A stretch of DNA of 64,000 nt from a virus, in IMG/VR virus record IMGVR_UViG_3300045988_105143, positions 1 to 64,000 of that record, one strand, 5' to 3'. Positions within the stretch are counted from its first letter, which is position 1. Each line of letters begins with the position of its first letter. Made by a program: the position numbers and the translations under genes. This document shows positions 60,257-64,000 of the stretch, piece by piece. The notes under the pieces are model-generated. The model was not told the origin of the DNA. It saw only the letters and a list, made by a program, of their open reading frames with translations, and ran no database searches.

Positions 60257-60718
60257 ATGACAGCTAACGACTTATTAATTCTCGTTCGGCAACGTTTAGG
60301 AGATATGCAAAAGCTTTCTCTATCTGACGAAGAATTAATTATGAGTTTAAACGTGGCTATCGACCGACTTAGCGAAGAACTATCTCAGAATAATAATCCA
60401 GAATTAGTTAAAGAACTGACTTTAACAGGTAATAATAAAACTGCACGACCAGATGATTTTATCGAATTGTGCGGACAGTTCCCTGTTGTTTTCAGTCAAG
60501 ATACTGATGGTATTAAAATCCAGCACATGAATCCTAATTATACTGGGACTATGACTATTCGCTATTTCGCTAGTAGACCTCACGTAACAAATTTATCCGA
60601 TAAGATACCTTTTGACAAAATACTACAACAACGTCAATTAGTAACTTACACGGTATATGATATTAAATCTATCACAGGGGAGGTAAAAGAAAATGACGGT
60701 GCAGGAGCTAATGGATAA
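60257..60718 (+). CDS. hypothetical head-tail connector protein
   Basis: 153-aa ORF with AGGAGG RBS. Confidence 0.55.
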   Translation: MTANDLLILVRQRLGDMQKLSLSDEELIMSLNVAIDRLSEELSQNNNPELVKELTLTGNNKTARPDDFIELCGQFPVVFSQDTDGIKIQHMNPNYTGTMTIRYFASRPHVTNLSDKIPFDKILQQRQLVTYTVYDIKSITGEVKENDGAGANG

Positions 60719-61151
60719 GGCGGCTCTACGAGACCGTTTAAGTGACAACCTCCAAAGTGGTTATGAAGATAAAGAGTTAATTGCTTATATGAATGACGCC
60801 ATTAACTTTATGTGGCATGTCCTTATCCAAAAAGGATATTATGAGGTGATTGGAGATATTGAATTTGCTCAAGAAAACAATGATTTGCCAACTGATTGGT
60901 ATAGGGCTACAAATCAAGCTCCTGTACTTATTAAACCACCTAAAGCAATTGTTTACGGCAAAGTACCGTTAAAGGTTCGATATTATAAACGCCCACCACA
61001 ACTTTCACAAAAAACAGATTCATTACCATTCACAAATAATGCGTTTAATAACCTTATTGGGCAATTAGTGATTATCTTAGCCATGTCAAATCACGGCTTT
61101 AATATGGACGTCGAACAAGATATGCTAGAGGCTATTGTTGGTTTATTATAG
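60693..61151 (+). CDS. hypothetical head-tail connector protein
   Basis: 152-aa ORF with GGGGAGG RBS. N-terminus similar in style to the previous gene (..L..RL.D......D.EL....N.A). Confidence 0.55.
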   Translation: MTVQELMDKAALRDRLSDNLQSGYEDKELIAYMNDAINFMWHVLIQKGYYEVIGDIEFAQENNDLPTDWYRATNQAPVLIKPPKAIVYGKVPLKVRYYKRPPQLSQKTDSLPFTNNAFNNLIGQLVIILAMSNHGFNMDVEQDMLEAIVGLL

Positions 61152-61159
61152 GAGGTAAT

Positions 61160-63067
61160 ATGGCAGAAAATGCTACTAACAACTTGCCGTCTACTATACA
61201 AGGTGACGGTAGTAAATTTATCTCCTTGCTTAAAAAATATCTAAAAGATATAGCTTCTGAACTTAACGAGCAAATCCAAAAAGTCGAGCGTATCTTTAAT
61301 GCCACAGCAGATAACCCAGACACATTCCCAGAGCAAGTCTACGGGATTACCATAGAAGAGAAAAATGAACAAGGTAGTGTGTCTCTGCTAGTTAAATGGA
61401 ACTCTGACCGCATAAAACAATATGCAGGCGTTGGTATTGACGTTAAAGTTGGCGATTTCTCAACTACCACAGAGCAATTTGAAAAAATTGCATGGACACG
61501 TCATTATGATACTACAAAAACAAACTCGTATATGATACAAAGCCTAGCAGTTGGCAAAAAATATCTTATCCGCATCAGGGCACGAAATATTGTTAATGCT
61601 ATTTCGGAAGAAAAGAAAGCCCCAACAAAGACATATTATATATCTGAGAATAATCACACACCTAACGGACCATATCAATTTACAGTGGTATTTGATAAAC
61701 GTGGCGCATATTGGTCTTGGAAACAATATGACCAAAACGATTATGAATGGTCAGAACTACGCCTTGACAACAATGTTGGTAGTTTACAAAATAGACTTGA
61801 AATAACCACAGGTTTATCTTCTACTGCTATACCTATAGCACGCAGTGGTACTGCATACTTGTATAATAAGGGCATTGGTAATTCGTGGTCCGCTCCAGCT
61901 ACATTACAATATAATAAACCAGTGCCACATGCCCCACGTAATATCATCATCGAAAAGTTTTACGAAGGCTTAAAGGTATCATTTGACAGTATTCCAGAAG
62001 ACTGTAATGGTGCTACTATATATGTTAACAACGAACCATATAAGATATCATCAAATGTATTTACATTTAATTGCTCTACAGGTACTTACAAAATTAAAAT
62101 TTGCTATACCGATATATTTGGAGAGGGCGAAATGTCAGCAGAAGTCTCTGAATCTACAGTAGAGCAAATACCTTCTAATGCTGTCCATATCACAAAGAAA
62201 ACAGTATTTGATGATGGCGTTATTGTTGCTAAATATATTGGAGACAAAGCTGTAGTTGGTACTAAGATACAGGATGGTGCAGTTACTACCGACAAATTGT
62301 CAGCTAATGCAGTAACAGCTAATAAAATTGCCGCCAATGCAATTACAGGCGACAAAATCAAAGCAGGAGAAGTTCAGTCACAACATATGAAGGCGAACTC
62401 TATTAGTGGTGACAAAATTACTACTAATACACTGAGCGGCAGTGCCATTAAAACTGGTACATTGACTGGTGATAGAATAGCAGCTGGGACAATTACTGGC
62501 GACCATATTAAAGCACGCAGTATTAAGGGTGACAATATTGAAAGTAAAACTATTACATCGGATAAATTGGTAGTTAACGAACTTGCCGCTATTAGTGGTA
62601 AACTTGGCAAGGTAGAGTCTGGTGAGGTTGTAGCTAGTAGTATACACAGTGCTGACAACTCATTTAATATTGATAAAAGTGGTAATATTAGAGGTGCTAA
62701 CTTAACTGGTGTTACTATTAGTGGTTCTCGTATTGATGCTGAAAGCATTTACCAAGCAGGATTCCATATTAGAAATGTCGAAATCATAATACAAGAATAC
62801 AATCATGGAGATACTATTTATCTTCCACAAGGGTACACATGGGATAAGTGTGTAGCTTTACCTATGCATATTACAGGATTTGTGAATACACCGAAGAAAA
62901 GCGTTGTAAAACCAGAATTATCATGGTTTTTGCCAGGTGGTAGCCAACACCCGTACATTGCAATTGACTCGTCACATCGTGTGTTCGCATCACTCACTTG
63001 GCAAGATGACCCAAACAATAAATTCACCTTTAAAGTAAAGGTAGTTTTAATTTTATTTCAAACATAG
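61160..63067 (+). CDS. tail fibre/spike protein with ~10-residue repeat tract
   Basis: 635 aa. About ten tandem ~10-aa units of the type A-I-T-G-D-K-I-x-A-x between about 62270 and 62590, followed by a distinct C-terminal domain. Confidence 0.7.
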   Translation: MAENATNNLPSTIQGDGSKFISLLKKYLKDIASELNEQIQKVERIFNATADNPDTFPEQVYGITIEEKNEQGSVSLLVKWNSDRIKQYAGVGIDVKVGDFSTTTEQFEKIAWTRHYDTTKTNSYMIQSLAVGKKYLIRIRARNIVNAISEEKKAPTKTYYISENNHTPNGPYQFTVVFDKRGAYWSWKQYDQNDYEWSELRLDNNVGSLQNRLEITTGLSSTAIPIARSGTAYLYNKGIGNSWSAPATLQYNKPVPHAPRNIIIEKFYEGLKVSFDSIPEDCNGATIYVNNEPYKISSNVFTFNCSTGTYKIKICYTDIFGEGEMSAEVSESTVEQIPSNAVHITKKTVFDDGVIVAKYIGDKAVVGTKIQDGAVTTDKLSANAVTANKIAANAITGDKIKAGEVQSQHMKANSISGDKITTNTLSGSAIKTGTLTGDRIAAGTITGDHIKARSIKGDNIESKTITSDKLVVNELAAISGKLGKVESGEVVASSIHSADNSFNIDKSGNIRGANLTGVTISGSRIDAESIYQAGFHIRNVEIIIQEYNHGDTIYLPQGYTWDKCVALPMHITGFVNTPKKSVVKPELSWFLPGGSQHPYIAIDSSHRVFASLTWQDDPNNKFTFKVKVVLILFQT

Positions 63068-63076
63068 GAGGCTATT

Positions 63077-63946
63077 ATGGCTGAAACACAAAACTTACAC
63101 ATTACATTTGGACCATTACCAGAAGGTTTCCGTGGTCCTCAAGGTCCCGCTGGTCCTATTGGTCCACAAGGTCCTCAAGGTCCTCAAGGTCCTAAAGGAG
63201 ATAGTGTAGACAACACTAAATATCCAAACGTAGCAGGATATTTAAAACGTCAAAACGTATATGCTACCGATGATTTAGAAAGTATTTTATATGCTTTAAT
63301 TGACAATTTAGGTAAACCATTACCAAAAATTCCAGCATCCTTCTCTTTTAATCAACCAAATGCAGGTGATACATCTGTATATGTATATGGAGAATCCCAC
63401 TTCTTTGTAATGCTTGCAGGTCAAGAAAATACTAAGACAGAAATTATTGGCGGCGTAGCATCCTTAGCATTACCACAACCATTTGGCACAGATACATTAG
63501 TACTTGATTATCTTGATATGACAGGCTCTCGTGTTGAAACATATCGTATCACTCCAGATGTTAATGTTACTACTGTAGCTAAAGCTGGTCAATATTATAA
63601 TATCTATGGCGTAGATACATTAGAATTACCGCATGTTACAACTGTAGAAGAAGAAGCAATTACATTTAGTGGTTATCGTGCTATTAAGTTACCAGAATGT
63701 ACATCTTGGATTAAAGGTCCTACAAATTGCAGTAACCTCGAAGAAGTATATTGCCCTAAATTAGCATTAACACAAGAAATGAGATGGAACATGAATAACT
63801 TACCACAAGGCGGCTGTGAATTTGTATTAAGTGAAGCCAGCGACGTTGAAGCATTAGCGAAAGGTTTAGTGCCTTGGACTAAACTTTACAACGCCGATAA
63901 AACAAAGAAATTTAACTTTAATACTAAAACTTGGGTTACAGTATAA
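63077..63946 (+). CDS. collagen-like + LRR-like fibre protein
   Basis: N-terminal GFRGPQGPAGPIGPQGPQGPQGPKGD. C-terminal xLPxxxxx repeats (ELPHVTTV, KLPECTSW, YCPKLALT) related to the 1285-2232 product. Confidence 0.7.
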   Translation: MAETQNLHITFGPLPEGFRGPQGPAGPIGPQGPQGPQGPKGDSVDNTKYPNVAGYLKRQNVYATDDLESILYALIDNLGKPLPKIPASFSFNQPNAGDTSVYVYGESHFFVMLAGQENTKTEIIGGVASLALPQPFGTDTLVLDYLDMTGSRVETYRITPDVNVTTVAKAGQYYNIYGVDTLELPHVTTVEEEAITFSGYRAIKLPECTSWIKGPTNCSNLEEVYCPKLALTQEMRWNMNNLPQGGCEFVLSEASDVEALAKGLVPWTKLYNADKTKKFNFNTKTWVTV

Positions 63947-63957
63947 GGAGTAATTAA

Positions 63958-64000
63958 TGGCAAAAGGAAAATTTATTACACCTCAGTTAGATATTAATAT
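63958..64000 (+). CDS. start of next structural gene (cut by window edge)
   Basis: AAGGAG RBS then ATG 63958. MAKGKFITPQLDIN..., open to the window end. Confidence 0.4.

Overview
The window is most of a low-GC tailed-phage genome; I saw no host genes. Ribosome-binding sites are AGGAGG-type and promoters are sigma-A/sigma-70 consensus.

Layout:
- (i) 1-16.4 kb, plus strand: virion, ejection and lysis genes. These are a holin-like protein, a collagen-like fibre, an LRR-like fibre, a Hint-domain protein, an SLT transglycosylase, a 2771-aa giant protein and an amidase.
- (ii) 16.4-41.1 kb, plus strand: early/middle genes behind at least eight perfect TTGACA-N17-TATAAT promoters. The block holds a ~400-nt structured non-coding RNA candidate, a hairpin/iteron field and a dnaE split by a group-I-type intron carrying an HNH endonuclease. 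It also holds a Rad52-like annealase, a primase-helicase, a Cas4-like nuclease, an AdoCbl ribonucleoside-triphosphate reductase and 12 tRNAs plus one degenerate tRNA-like element. ThyX, dUTPase, an SPFH protein, a RemA-like protein and terS complete it.
- (iii) 41.1-51.8 kb, minus strand: an inverted accessory block. It holds two tandem arrays of a small-protein family with at least 12 members, a compact SNF2 helicase and an amidoligase plus class-II (Ntn) amidotransferase pair. About 1.5 kb of repeat-rich non-coding DNA follows.
- (iv) 52.3-64 kb, plus strand: terL, a GroES-like gene, portal, scaffold, major capsid, connector genes and tail fibres.

Best candidates for undescribed biology:
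- the amidoligase/amidotransferase pair together with the surrounding small-protein family
- the large structured RNA candidate at 16.8-17.2 kb
- the giant double-HEXXH virion protein with the neighbouring Hint-domain protein
- the 30-bp inverted repeats that bracket one early gene

All functional calls come from motif recognition by eye. No database search was run.
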